Of a stretch of 64,000 nt of DNA, positions 1 to 13,109 are shown in pieces (positions within the stretch are counted from its first letter, which is position 1; every line of letters begins with the position of its first letter). The position numbers and the translations under genes are program-made. The DNA comes from Octopus sinensis (lineage: Eukaryota). The stretch lies in contig NC_043004.1 in NCBI RefSeq assembly GCF_006345805.1, positions 75,888,001 to 75,952,000 of the forward strand, read 5' to 3'. The notes under the pieces are model-generated. The model saw nothing but the letters and a program-made list of their open reading frames with translations. It was not told the DNA's origin and did not search any database.

Positions 1-294
1 AATGCACCATGCATTAAACATAGTATTTGAAAACCACAATTTTATAGTATAAAATACTGTAATGACAAAATATTTCATTGGTTGAAAAAGCAACAAAAAT
101 TTGAGTGAAGCTCAAATACAAAAATATTTATTTTTGTCATCAGCAGATGATGACAAATGAGATATTTACACTAAGTGAGCCAATTGTTTTGTGTCAGCAA
201 TAATAGTGGACTGTAGTAGCCATTGCATTTTATAGCTGAAGTTCAAAGGTGTAAGTTCCTACAGCCATTATCAGACAAACCATTTATATGTACC

Positions 295-600
295 CAGTGG
301 TCTGTCAAAGAAAAGGTGCCAAAGACAAAATTGTTAATGACATTCCAGTGTGATGTTTACAACTGGAATTCTAATGAATCAAGCCTCTGTTAGGTTTGTT
401 GTATTTTTCACTGGCCAGCCTAACAATGATGAAAACGATTTCTTAATGTTTCTATTAGAAATATCATTGGTTGCTTGCTTGCTGGTATTGTCAATCCCAG
501 ATAGAATCCTGTTTTGGTATTCAGTTACTTCCACCTATGAACACAGTGAATCAGGTTCAATTCCTAGACAGTGAGTTGGTGTTTGGGACTCTGCCAATAT
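295..600 (-). mobile_element. Tc1/mariner-like DNA transposon relic (3' end with CAGTG-type terminus)
   Basis: Begins CAGTGGTCTGTCAAAGAAAAGGTGCCAAAGACAAAATTGTTAATGACATTC. The reverse complement of this sequence and of the next ~250 bp (diverged) is at ~50520-50806. Confidence 0.5.
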
Positions 601-1343
601 TTTTGCTGCAATGTTTTTGAGGACAGTGCTCCAGCATAGCCTTGCAACAAAATAATATCATCAACAAATGAAACAAAATGAATCATATATGCATGTTTTT
701 AATGAATATCATTACTCTTCTAAATATTCTTTTATTCTTTTTCTTTCCCTTTTCATTGACTAAACTGTGACCACTGAGGGCAAAATTTTCACTGAACTAT
801 CAAAGAAGGGGTCATCAAGTGCTCCCAATTGGCTTGTGTGTGTAAGAAAAAACACCTAAAAACGCCTTTAGTGTTCATATTAATCTGTCAAATGAGATGC
901 TTATTTGTTCACGTTATTTTGAATTCAAGAGGAATTTTGGTTCAAGAGGAGTGTCCACAATATTTGCTTGTAACTTTGTAAATTTTTTACATACAGATTT
1001 GAAATTTTGTCAGTGGGTGCTTTATATACCACTGGTTTATAGTTATGTAACTTTAGCTGATCTTGCTGAGTAAATTTGACTTTTATGGGCAGGTAAATTT
1101 TAATTAACAGGTGTAAAAGCAATAACAGTATGGATAAACACTAAACTTGAAATTCTTAATGCATCTTACCAGTTTGATTTGTTTCTAAAATTATCTCAGA
1201 TGGCAACCGACAAAGATTTTAACAAAAACTTTTCAAGATGAGATACATTAATTTGAATTAATTAAAATACAGGTATAATCAGTACAAGATTTTATTCTTT
1301 TGATAAATATTTCATAGCTCAATGTGGAATAATTTTTTCACAG

Positions 1344-1852
1344 ATTTTTCGAGTGCATTCGACGTATCTAACCTCCAAACCTGCCACAAGCCACTTTTTC
1401 TGGAAAAGAAAGGTGGGAGGGGTGGTGGGAACCTCGAAGTTTCCCACTAAGGGAGGTTTGTACTGCAGGTATTTTTTTCTTTTGCAGGTTATTTTGCATG
1501 CTTTCAAATAATGTGACATTGAAATCACATGTAAACAGCTCCTTTTTCCAGAAAAGGAAAGATTTGGCTGCTATTTCTAGCATGCCATGCTACCATGTAA
1601 CAGCTATTTGCATTCTTACCTAAATATTTACCAATTTTTTTCTTTCCATTTACTTTTTTCCACTTTATGGAAGTCAATATTTTCTCTGTTGACATCCACC
1701 TCAGTGAGGTCATGGAACAAGTGGAAACACATCAAACGCTGTTCTCTCTTGACTGGACAAAGAAATTTCCCACTGTCTTTGCAAACAACAAGTGGGTGGA
1801 TTTGGTTTCAAATCCAGACAGGACCAAACAAGGCCCTACAACTTATTCATAA
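1344..1852. other. Non-repetitive coding-like island of unknown identity (possible exons or decayed ORF)
   Basis: Protein-like open frames on both strands (e.g. + 1667-1852). Acceptor ttttttcacag|1344 with possible donors at 1412 or 1468; minus-strand donor TTTAG|GTAAGA at ~1620. No family recognised. Confidence 0.2.
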
Positions 1853-2172
1853 TAATAAGTAGTGTTATATCAGGATTGAAAGAATGACACATACAATATT
1901 GAATATGCTAAGACAATCTGAAGACAATAGAAACTTTTAAATGTTTACAGGTTTTTATGAAATTTTGGAGTTAATGGACTTGAGTTAACAGAAGCTAAAT
2001 GTTAATGGAAGTTAATTAGTCTGATAATGATTTTCAAAGTTAACTTAAAAGTTAAATCATAAACGAAAATTTTAACTTTGTTAATTAACGTTTAATGGAT
2101 TAACGGACTTATGCACAGCTCTGTTTACATGTGTATATATATGTATATATATATATACACACACACACATAT

Positions 2173-2225
<53 letters not shown>

Positions 2226-2254
2226 CATATATATACAAACATATATATATATCT

Positions 2255-2455
2255 GTAATATAATATGTGACTATTATTCGATTGCCATTATAAGACTCCA
2301 AGTTTTGGATGTCGGGGTGGAAACCTGCCCCGGCATCTCTTCAGTTATGGAAGCAATCAAAATATGGAGATTGGTGACATACTGTAAAAGAGGGAACACA
2401 AAGGAGTTACATAGAGAGAGAGGAGAAATGGAAAGACAAGAAAAGACGTCAACAA
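2255..2455 (-). mobile_element. Penelope-like element terminal fragment carrying a hammerhead motif
   Basis: Adjacent to (TA)n. Contains a CTGAAGA...(G)AAAC...GTC hammerhead fold followed by the pyrimidine/purine-skewed tract typical of the other HHR-bearing fragments in this window. Confidence 0.55.
2285..2350 (-). ncRNA. Type I hammerhead ribozyme relic (GUC site; G12 mutated to A)
   Basis: Minus strand: CC-ATAA CTGAAGA GATGCCGGGG-CAGGTTTCCA-CCCCGACATC C AAAA CT-TGG-AG TC TTAT-AA-TGG. Stems I, II (9/10 bp) and III all pair. Confidence 0.7.
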
Positions 2456-4588
2456 GATGGTCTTTTTTTATGTGCCACCGGCACAGAGGCCAGTCGGGGC
2501 GGCGCTGGCATCGGCCATGTTCGGATAGTACTTTTTATGTGCCACCGGCACAGGCATCATAACTACTATTTCCATTGATATTTATTTAGACGTTCATGTT
2601 CATGTACTTGACTCAACAGGTCTCCTCAAGCACAGCGGGACGATCTGGGATCCGGGGTACTTTGAATGGGCAGGGGCTATGTGGAACTGATGCAGGAAGC
2701 AGCCCGGGTCTTTGCAGTCACAGCATATCTCCAGAGATCTCGGTCCTTCGCCATTGCCTCAGTGAGGCCCAACGCTCTGAGGTCATGCTTGACTACCTCA
2801 TCCCATGTCTTCCTGGGTCTACCTCTCCCCCTGATACCTTCAACTGTTTGGGAGTGGCACTTCTTCACACATCTCTCTTCATCCATCCGCAGCACATGAC
2901 CATACCATCGCAAGCATCGCTCTTGCACACCACATCTGATGCTTCTTATATCCAGCATTTCTCTCAGGATGCTTACACTCTGTCGTGCGTGCACACTGAC
3001 ATTACACATCCAGCGGATCATGCTAGCTTCATTTCTTTCAAGTCTACGCATGTCCTCTGCAGTCACAGCCCATGTTTCATTACCGTGAAGCATGGCAGTT
3101 CGCACACATGCATCATACAATCTACCTTTCGCTCTGAGGGAGAGACCCTTTGTCGCCAGTAGGGGTAGGAGCTTTCTGAACTTTGCCCAGGCTATTCGTA
3201 TTCTAGTGGTGATACTCTCTGTGCATCCTCCTCCGCTACTAACTTGGTCACCCAGGTAGCGGAAACTATCAACTACTTCTAGTTTCTCTCCCTGGAGTGT
3301 GATGGAATCTGTTTTCTGAGTGTCTGTTGTGTCTATTGCCCCTGTGCATCTGCCGCACATGAAAGTTATCTTATCTGTTAATTTCCCTTTAATGTTGCTG
3401 CACCTCTTATGTATCCATAGCTTACATTGGGTGCATCTTATGGAGTTTCTACCTGTACCTTTCCTACAGATTGAGCAGGGCCACTTACTCGAGGGGGTGT
3501 GTGCTGAGTACGCCTTGCTGCTTACTATTACTTTGGTCTTTGCTACATTTACTCTAAGGCCCTTTGATTCTAACCCTTGCTTCCACACCTAAAATTCTTT
3601 TCTAGTTCCGGTAGTGATTCTGCTATGAGAGCTAGGTCATCAGCATAGAGGAGCTCCCAGGGGCATCCCGTTTTGAATTCCTCTGTTATTGCCTGGAGGA
3701 CTATGATGAATAAAAGGGGACTAAGGCTGAGCCCTGGTGCACACCTACTTCTACCCGGAATTCTTCACTATATTCATTGCCAATCCTAACCTTGCTGGCA
3801 GCCTCTCTGTATAGAGCCTGTACAGCCCTTATTAGCCATTCGTCAATCTCCAGTTTCCGCATCGACCACCAGATAAGGGAACGGGGAACCCTGTCAAAGG
3901 CTTTCTCCAAGTCCACAAAAGCTATGTAGAGGGGTTTATCTTTAGCTAGGTACTTCTCCTGCAGTTGTCGGACCAGGAATATAGCATCAGTGGTGCTTCT
4001 ACCTGGCACAAAACCGAACTGCATTTCATCTAAGAAAATTCTCTCCCTAATGAGATGGGTTATGACCCTCTCTGTGACCTTCATCACCTGGTCCAACAGT
4101 TTGATACCCCTGTAGTTATTTCTATCTAGAGCATCACCCTTACCCTTGTAGCAGTTGACAATGGTGGTGCTGCACCAGTCATTGGGTATGACTCCATTGT
4201 GAACTACCTGGTTTACAATGCGGGTGACTATGCCATAGCCCACATAGCCAGCTGTTTTAAGCATCTCAGCAGTGATTCCTGATTGGCCGGGGGCTTTACC
4301 TGGTTTCATATCCTTAATTGCCTTATCTACAAGTGAGCTGTCTATTCGGGTAGCTGGTCCCTCTACTGGGTCAACATTTGGCAGGCTCTCCTCCTCCCAT
4401 TCATTCTCCTCGTTCAGCAGTCTTTCATAATGGCTTCTCCAAGCCTCTTTCTTTTCACTAACAGTAAAAGCAAGTGCCCCATCATCCATGCGGACACATT
4501 TCTCTCCTGTAACATCACTATTTTCTCTGACACACTGTCCGGCAATCCGAAATACCTCAGCTCTTTGGTCCTCGCGTCGTTGGACATA
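2456..4588 (-). mobile_element. 5'-truncated RTE-clade LINE
   Basis: ORF2 remnants plus 3' UTR with the repeated GTGCCACCGGCACA motif shared with other RTE 3' fragments in the window. Confidence 0.9.
2677..4588 (-). pseudogene. RTE ORF2 reverse transcriptase, two 1-nt frameshifts (~3727, ~3592)
   Basis: Motifs KGKGD..NYRGIKLL, QFGF, FVDLEKAFDRV, GVHQGS, LYADD (3636-3647, in the shifted frame), FRYLG, and C-terminal RLRWYGHVLRM...RGRGRPRKTW. Confidence 0.9.
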
Positions 4589-5213
4589 TGATTGATTGAT
4601 TGATTGATTGATTCCAGTTTCAGCTCATGAGCTGTGGCCATGCTGGGGCACCGCCATTTGGTGTTGCTACTTGGTTTCACTTCATGGAGGCTTTCTAGCA
4701 ACTGCTATTTGGTGCATGAGAGAGTTCGATGCAGCTGCCCTCATCTGCCCCTCCTGCCGTGAAGTTGGTTCATCTGGGACACCTGACAGGAAGAGATCCA
4801 GCTCCATTTTAAAGACATCTGTATCCACCCCATGCAGGTCTCTCAGGTTCATCGGGAGGATATTGAAGAGCTGTGGGCCTCGGAAGCCCAGGCTATCACA
4901 GAATCTTGTCCTACATCTTGATGGCAAGTTTGGAGTCCTAGTACCACGCAGTGGCGCCCAGTTCTGGCGTTTGCGTAACTCTCGATGCCAAAGTTCAGGA
5001 CACTTCCCTCCAGGATCTTCCAGATGTATATTATGGCATATCTTTCCCACCTACGCTCCAGGGAATATAATTTTAATCTCTTGAGTCTTTCCCAGTAGCT
5101 TACATTCTGCATAGAGGCTATCTTCTTCGTGTAGCTTCGTTGGATCGCCTCAAGTTCTGTGATCAACTTGACACTGGATGGTGACCATAGCTGAGAGCAA
5201 TAGTCAAAGTGAC
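4589..5213 (-). mobile_element. CR1-like LINE 3' fragment (family a) with (CAAT)n tail
   Basis: HFDYCSQLWSP..LEAIQR..YWERLKRLKLYSLERR..IYIWKIL and GPQLFNILP..LDLFL. 3' end GGCGGTGCCCCAGCATGGCCACAGCTCATGAGCTGAAAC then (CAAT)n. Confidence 0.85.
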
Positions 5214-5239
5214 TATATATATATATATATATATACAAA

Positions 5240-5500
5240 TTAGTATATAAATGGCACAACTAAGTACCGATATTTACTGGAAATAGCGAACGTAAAAATA
5301 CGACGCTAATGTGTAGCTTCACTGCGTATGTATTAGCAAAATGCGTGTGTGCAACAAATTAGAGAAAAAAAACCGTCTTACTCCAGGGAGAACATCTGAA
5401 AAATGAAACACCCGGAAAAGGATAGTGTACCTGCATGTTTTTCAGGTTTTACAAGATGTCTCTCACCCATATTTTGTTTTACCTTCATCAGCCAGTAGAA
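5240..5500 (-). mobile_element. Unclassified repeat in (TA)n with partial hammerhead core (CTGATGA AGG...CCT GAAA)
   Basis: Core halves at 5485-5491 and 5440-5443 on the minus strand; stems I and III not recoverable. Confidence 0.3.
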
Positions 5501-5542
5501 GTATATACATATATAATATATATATATGTATATATATATATG

Positions 5543-5601
<59 letters not shown>

Positions 5602-5637
5602 TATATTCTATATATATATACATATATATACATATAT

Positions 5638-5770
<133 letters not shown>

Positions 5771-5777
5771 TATATAT

Positions 5778-5819
<42 letters not shown>

Positions 5820-5859
5820 ATATATATTATAATACATATATATTATATATACATATATA

Positions 5860-5891
<32 letters not shown>

Positions 5892-5898
5892 CTATATA

Positions 5899-5943
<45 letters not shown>

Positions 5944-6025
5944 TATATATATATAATAATACATATATCTATATACACATATATATATATATATATATAT
6001 AATATATATATATATATACATATAT

Positions 6026-6097
6026 GGTGGTGCTATTAAGTTAGACATGGCCTGGGCCAATAATGGCCGAAACCTATCAAAGTATCAAAGTATCAAA

Positions 6098-6099
<2 letters not shown>
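6026..6099 (+). mobile_element. CR1-like family b, 3' tail only, ending in (ATCAAAGT)3
   Basis: Near-identical to 6583-6655; (TA)n on both sides. Confidence 0.8.
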
Positions 6100-6145
<46 letters not shown>

Positions 6146-6171
6146 TACAATATTATATATAATATATATAT

Positions 6172-6213
<42 letters not shown>

Positions 6214-6216
6214 ATA

Positions 6217-6653
6217 GCGCTCATGTAGCGTGAGCGCTACATCATCTGCATGATGTGGAAAATATTCCATCAGCATTGCCCAAATGATGTTGGCATCACC
6301 TTTAAGGTACATCCAAGGTACATCCGCCCAAAACAAAAATCGCACTCTCATCTCATAACAACAATACGGCACAATTATTTCACCTCAATTGGCCCCGCTC
6401 TCTTTAACATTACACCAAAACACATTAAAACAGAAACTGACCCTATAGGGTTCAAGAAGTCTTTGGACAGATGCCTTCAAGAAATCCCGGATAAACCCCC
6501 TACACCCGGATATGTCTGTAAACAATAACTCTCTACTTGAGTGGGCCATAGTGCCCAAATTCTGACTTGAAAGACTTCACCAGGTGGTGCTATTAAGTTA
6601 GACATGGCCTGGGCCAATAATGGCCGAAAACTTCAAAGTATCAAAGTATCAAA

Positions 6654-6655
<2 letters not shown>
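6217..6655 (+). mobile_element. CR1-like LINE 3' fragment (family b)
   Basis: MWKIFHQHCPND..GPALFNITPK..FKKSLDRCLQEIPDKP. Same family as 39128-39750. Confidence 0.85.
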
Positions 6656-6705
<50 letters not shown>

Positions 6706-6719
6706 ATACATATATATAT

Positions 6720-6834
<115 letters not shown>

Positions 6835-6859
6835 TATATATATATAATATATATACATA

Positions 6860-6930
<71 letters not shown>

Positions 6931-6956
6931 TCTATATATATATATATATATATACA

Positions 6957-7003
<47 letters not shown>

Positions 7004-7010
7004 TATATAT

Positions 7011-7052
<42 letters not shown>

Positions 7053-7063
7053 ATATATATATA

Positions 7064-7474
7064 GGCGCAGGAGTGGCTGTGTGGTAAGTAGCTTGCTAAC
7101 CAACCACATGGTTCCGGGTTCAGTCCCACTGCGTGGCATCTTGGGCAAGTGTCTTCTGCTATAGCCCCGGGCCGACCAATGCCTTGTGAGTGGATTTGGT
7201 AGACGGAAACTGAAAGAAGCCTGTCATATATATGTATATATATATAAGTCTGTGTGTATATGTTTGTGTGTCTGTGTTTGTCCCCCTAGCATTGCTTGAC
7301 AACCGATGCTGGGTGTTTACGTCCCTCAATTATTAGCGGTTCGGCAAAAAGACCGATAGAATAAGTACTGGGCTTACAAGAATAAGTCCCGGGGTCGATT
7401 TGCTCGACTAAAGGCAGTGCTCCAGCATGGCCGCAGTCAAATGACTGAAACAAGTAAAAGAGTAAAAGAGTAAA

Positions 7475-7477
<3 letters not shown>
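7064..7477 (+). mobile_element. Full-length tRNA-derived SINE (family A)
   Basis: tRNA-like head (GGCGCAGGAGTGGCTGTGTGGTAAG...GGTTCAGTCCC), internal microsatellite, 3' tail GTGCTCCAGCATGGCCGCAGTCAAATGACTGAAAC(AAGTAAAAGAG)n. About 30 full or partial copies in the window; architecture resembles described tRNA-derived octopus SINEs. Confidence 0.9.
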
Positions 7478-7521
<44 letters not shown>

Positions 7522-7530
<9 letters not shown>

Positions 7531-7658
7531 GTTAAACAGGACGTCAACCATTAAGGCAAGGCAAACATCTCAAGTCATATACAATGTGTGTGTGTGTGTG
7601 AGAGAGAGAGATGTTTGCCTTGACTTAATGGTTGACGTCCTGTTTAACAATTATATAT
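7522..7658. mobile_element. Mini-MITE: ~50-bp terminal inverted repeats around a ~36-bp microsatellite spacer, in TA context
   Basis: TATATAATTGTTAAACAGGACGTCAACCATTAAGGCAAGGCAAACATCTC versus its reverse complement at 7608-7658, one mismatch. Confidence 0.75.
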
Positions 7659-7809
7659 CCGCTACATCGGAAATCTGCGATGGCTCCATAACTACCACCT
7701 CGCTATAACCTTGGAACCCTAGTAATCCGTTACAGCACTTACATAGTGTACCTAATCGCTCAGATCATCTGTGAACTAAACCCCCATACTTTGTGTGTGT
7801 GTGCATATA

Positions 7810-7840
<31 letters not shown>

Positions 7841-7865
7841 TTTTATATATATATATATATATATA

Positions 7866-7952
<87 letters not shown>

Positions 7953-8344
7953 TATATATATATATATATTAATATATATCCAGCAGCGTACATTCACTTT
8001 GTTCTTTCTTTCTCTATATATATAAATATTTGATTAATGAGAGAGGCATTAATCTTATATAAATAAGATTGTTTATTAATCACTACAGTTGCTTCAACCC
8101 ATCTACCATTGATCGTTCATGGGTCAGATACTTAACAACTAGTTTAGGAGCATCTGTTGGTTTAGATGTGTCTCTTCAGGTGATGTCTCGTTAAAATAAG
8201 TACTGTTCTGCGAGGTATCTTCTCGTTTTGTGTATAGAAAAGCAACAAATTAAAGGACACGGCTTCATTTCCACAGAAGATCAATACTAAATGACAGATG
8301 CAAAATGAAACGGATGCACAAAACAGCAAAAAAAAAAGGTATTG

Positions 8345-8590
8345 AATGTGTGTGTGTGTGTGGGGGGTCTGTTTGTGTGTGTGTTTGTCCCCCCACCACT
8401 GCTTGACAACTGGTGTGGGTTTATTTATGTCCCCATAACATAGCAGTTTGGCAAAAGAGATTGATGCAATAGGTACCAGGCTTAAAAGAAAAATAAATAC
8501 TAAAGTCAGTTCATTAATTAAAGAAAATTCATCAAGGTGGTGCTCCAGCATGGCCACAGTCTAATGACTGAAACAAATCAAAGGTAAGAG
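8345..8590 (+). mobile_element. SINE family A, 3' half
   Basis: GGTGCTCCAGCATGGCCACAGTCTAATGACTGAAAC tail. Confidence 0.8.
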
Positions 8591-8845
8591 ATAAAGCCAT
8601 CTGATCTATTCTTAAAACAACAATTCCTATCCTTCAGTTCTACTTGAGTAAATGGATGCTAGCCACCACATCTTCCCATGAGCAGTAGAATATTTGCTGA
8701 TAAACTCCTCTTCTCCACCAAAAGAAATGTACTGAGTACCTGCTGCTGTTGCTGCTGTTGCTGCTGTTGCTGCCGCCTAGGACACTTGATTTCATCTACC
8801 ATCTTCCCCACCTTCCTAACTACAACAACCACCACCACGCCATTG

Positions 8846-10082
<1,237 letters not shown>

Positions 10083-10167
10083 GTACTCTGTGACAGTGGG
10101 GGTGGGGGATGGAGATGGGAGTGATGGGATGGGGATGGGGAGGGGGAAGATATAGTTATCTGTTGTG

Positions 10168-10201
<34 letters not shown>

Positions 10202-10490
10202 CATGAAATTTCCAAGAGGTTCGTTAACTTATAATTACTGAGTATATTTCCTTCAGCTGAAGAAGTTACCTGTAATCATCCTGCTGTTCAGAGGAAGATG
10301 AGGCTGGCATCCGTTTGATACAACAGAACTGAAGGAGAAGGATCGTTGTTCTGAGAAGGATTAAATGACTTCAGTTTGTTGCTAACTGTCATATTATGAT
10401 TAAGGATATTAGCAACGAAAACTTTCATGGATCTTCTATAGTTTGCAACAACCATGATCAGAATATCTTCCTCCAGATCTAAGCATTTAA

Positions 10491-10711
10491 CCCTTTCATT
10501 ACTGTATTTATTTTGAGATGCTATGTGTTTCTTTCAGTTTATTTTAAATATAACAAAGAATTTAGTAAAATACCTTAGTTATCATTCAGCTAGTGTTAGG
10601 AACATAAATTGTGACTAAGGTTTGGTGGAAGATTTTAATTCAAAATTTATGAAAACGAGACATTTGTACTCAGAGCCAGAGCCGGCTTCAGCCGGGTTGG
10701 TAACGAAAGGG
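10491..10711. mobile_element. piggyBac-like MITE
   Basis: TTAA|CCCTTTCATTAC ... GTAACGAAAGGG|TTAA. Confidence 0.85.
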
Positions 10712-10769
10712 TTAAAAACATTATTAAAAATAAAAGCCCTGCATTATTATTCTAAATTACTAATTACTA

Positions 10770-10980
10770 ATTGTTGTTATTAGATGTTATCAACCCTTAT
10801 TACTGTTGGTTGCTATCTGCTCTTAGTAGTATTAGTTGCTAACTGCTCTGACTGTTATTAATTGCTAACAGCCTTTTACTATGGTCAGTTAGCAACTGCT
10901 GTACTATTTATTGCTAGTTGCTAACTGCCCTTACAATTGTTAATTGCTAACTACTCTTACTATTGTCAATTGCTACCAAA
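10770..10980. repeat. Degenerate ~28-bp minisatellite (GTTGCTAACTGCTCTTACTATTGTTAAT-like)
   Basis: Recurrent GTTGCTAAC motif; similar units at 11320-11390. Confidence 0.6.
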
Positions 10981-11145
10981 GCACAATGTAGTCCTTGGTA
11001 GGTGGTGGGCATCAAGTCCTAGCAAATTGTCCAACCCAAGCCAGTATGGAACATGGACATTAAAGGACGTTGAGGATGGTGATGATGATGCTGATGGTTG
11101 TGGTGGTTGTGGTGGTGATGGTGGCAGCAGTGGCAATGGTGACGG

Positions 11146-11183
<38 letters not shown>

Positions 11184-11300
11184 CCGATGATGGTGGAGGA
11201 GGTGGAGGTGGTAGTGGCGATGGCAGTGGCAGTGGTGTAGTGATGATGATGATGATTATGATGATGATGATGATTATGATGAGGAGGAGGAGGAGGAGGA
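10981..11300 (+). repeat. RTE-type 3' tail followed by expanded (GAT/GGT/GAG)n
   Basis: CAAGCCAGTATGGAACATGGACATTAAA followed by trinucleotide runs. Confidence 0.6.
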
Positions 11301-11433
11301 TAAATTGCTGTCTTTTTATTCATTGCAAGTTGCTTACCATCCTGACTGCCAGTTGCTAACTCTCTTACTATTGTTAGTTGCTAACTATTTTTAGTTTCTG
11401 TTTGTTACTATTTTTAGTTTCTGTCTCATTTCT

Positions 11434-11486
<53 letters not shown>

Positions 11487-11689
11487 AGTTAGTATCTATA
11501 TTTAAAGAACATATTTAATAACTAATTTTTCCATTTCTCAGTGCCTTACCATTTATACCTAGCAATAATTTTATCACTATTAATATTTTTGTCTCTCGTT
11601 AGTAATTGCTAATTTCTGGTGTGGAGTTTCTCATTACTTTGTTTCAGTTTGAATAGATGAGGAAAAAAGGTAACTGAATTGAGAGAGAG

Positions 11690-11835
11690 AGAAAGAGAGA
11701 GAGGGGTGAGGGGGAGAGAGGGGGGAGAGGGGGAGAGAGAGGGGAGAGAGAGAGGGAGAGAGGGAGTAAGAGAGAGACTTGATGAGAAATAGGGACAAAT
11801 GCAGAAAAATTTATTAATGTAGAAAAAGGTAGATG

Positions 11836-11918
<83 letters not shown>

Positions 11919-12013
11919 GGATAGATAGATAGATAGATAGATAGATAAAGAAACAGGTAGACTGACAGATAGATGATATGTATGTATATTTGTGTGCATG
12001 TATGTATATATGT

Positions 12014-12056
<43 letters not shown>

Positions 12057-12069
12057 GATAGATAAATAA

Positions 12070-12130
<61 letters not shown>
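11690..12130. repeat. (GA/GGGGA)n, (GATA)n and (TA)n simple repeats
   Basis: Direct reading. Confidence 0.95.
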
Positions 12131-13109
12131 AGAGGTGGGGGAGAGGTAAAATGTTAGACAAATACACAGAAAATACATGATAAAAATATCCGTAGAAGGC
12201 AATCAATTATGGCAAAATATTTCTTACATATTTCCAATAAAGCATCTATAATTAGTCGAGAGGTAGTTGGGTGCAGTTTGACAAATGAGATCAATATTAC
12301 ATGATATTAATATCACTTCTGTTTGTCAGCATTGTATAAAAGATTACAAGCGGATGATCTTCAAAAGCCAACATGACTGTTTCAATCCCAGTTCAGCTGA
12401 GTTGGTATTTTGTAGTTTTTGTTTTCTTTTTTGCTCTCTCTTAATTGTTTCTTGATTTTTTTTCTCCATTTTTGCTTCATTCTTCAGATACAGACATGGC
12501 TGCCTGGTTAAGAAGCTTGCTTGCCAACCATGTGGTTTTGAGTTCAGTCTCACTACACAGCACCTCGAGCAAGTGTCTTCTACAATAGCTCTGGGATCAC
12601 CAAAGCCTTGTGAATGGATTTGTGCATGTATATTTGCATGTATGTATGTCATCATCATCATCATTTAAAAAGCAATGGTGCTGGTGCCACATAATTCTTG
12701 GAATTCTTCAGCTTGGTTTCTTTAAATTTCAGTTTATTGAACTTTTTAGCTGACACTGTAAGTGGGAAAATGGTTTACAATGAACAGAAATTCTGATTCA
12801 GCTGATTAGAATAATCCGTCAAACAATCGTCTGCTTTTCTTGCTGTCTTATGTTAGTCATGTCTTTCTTGTTGCTTCAAGATTGTGGTTTCAATTCCTGG
12901 TCTGTGCTGTACATTGTGTTCTCGAGCAAAACACTTTATTTTACATTGTTCCAGGTCATTCTGCTATAAATGAATAATTCTGTGATGGCCGGCATCTGGT
13001 TCAGTCTCTTATATGCCATGGAATCCAGGTAACCAACCCTATGAGTTCTAGGAATCAAGACAGTAATGTTCAGAGGCTGATGAGGATGGTGATGAAAAGA
13101 TGAAAGTTA

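Noticed and set aside
1344-1370. DFSSAFD read as a LINE RT motif
   Set aside because: The following residues do not continue any RT pattern I recognise.
10095-11770. G-quadruplex-prone G tracts at ~10095-10150 and ~11700-11770
   Set aside because: Simple purine repeats common throughout such genomes; nothing locus-specific.
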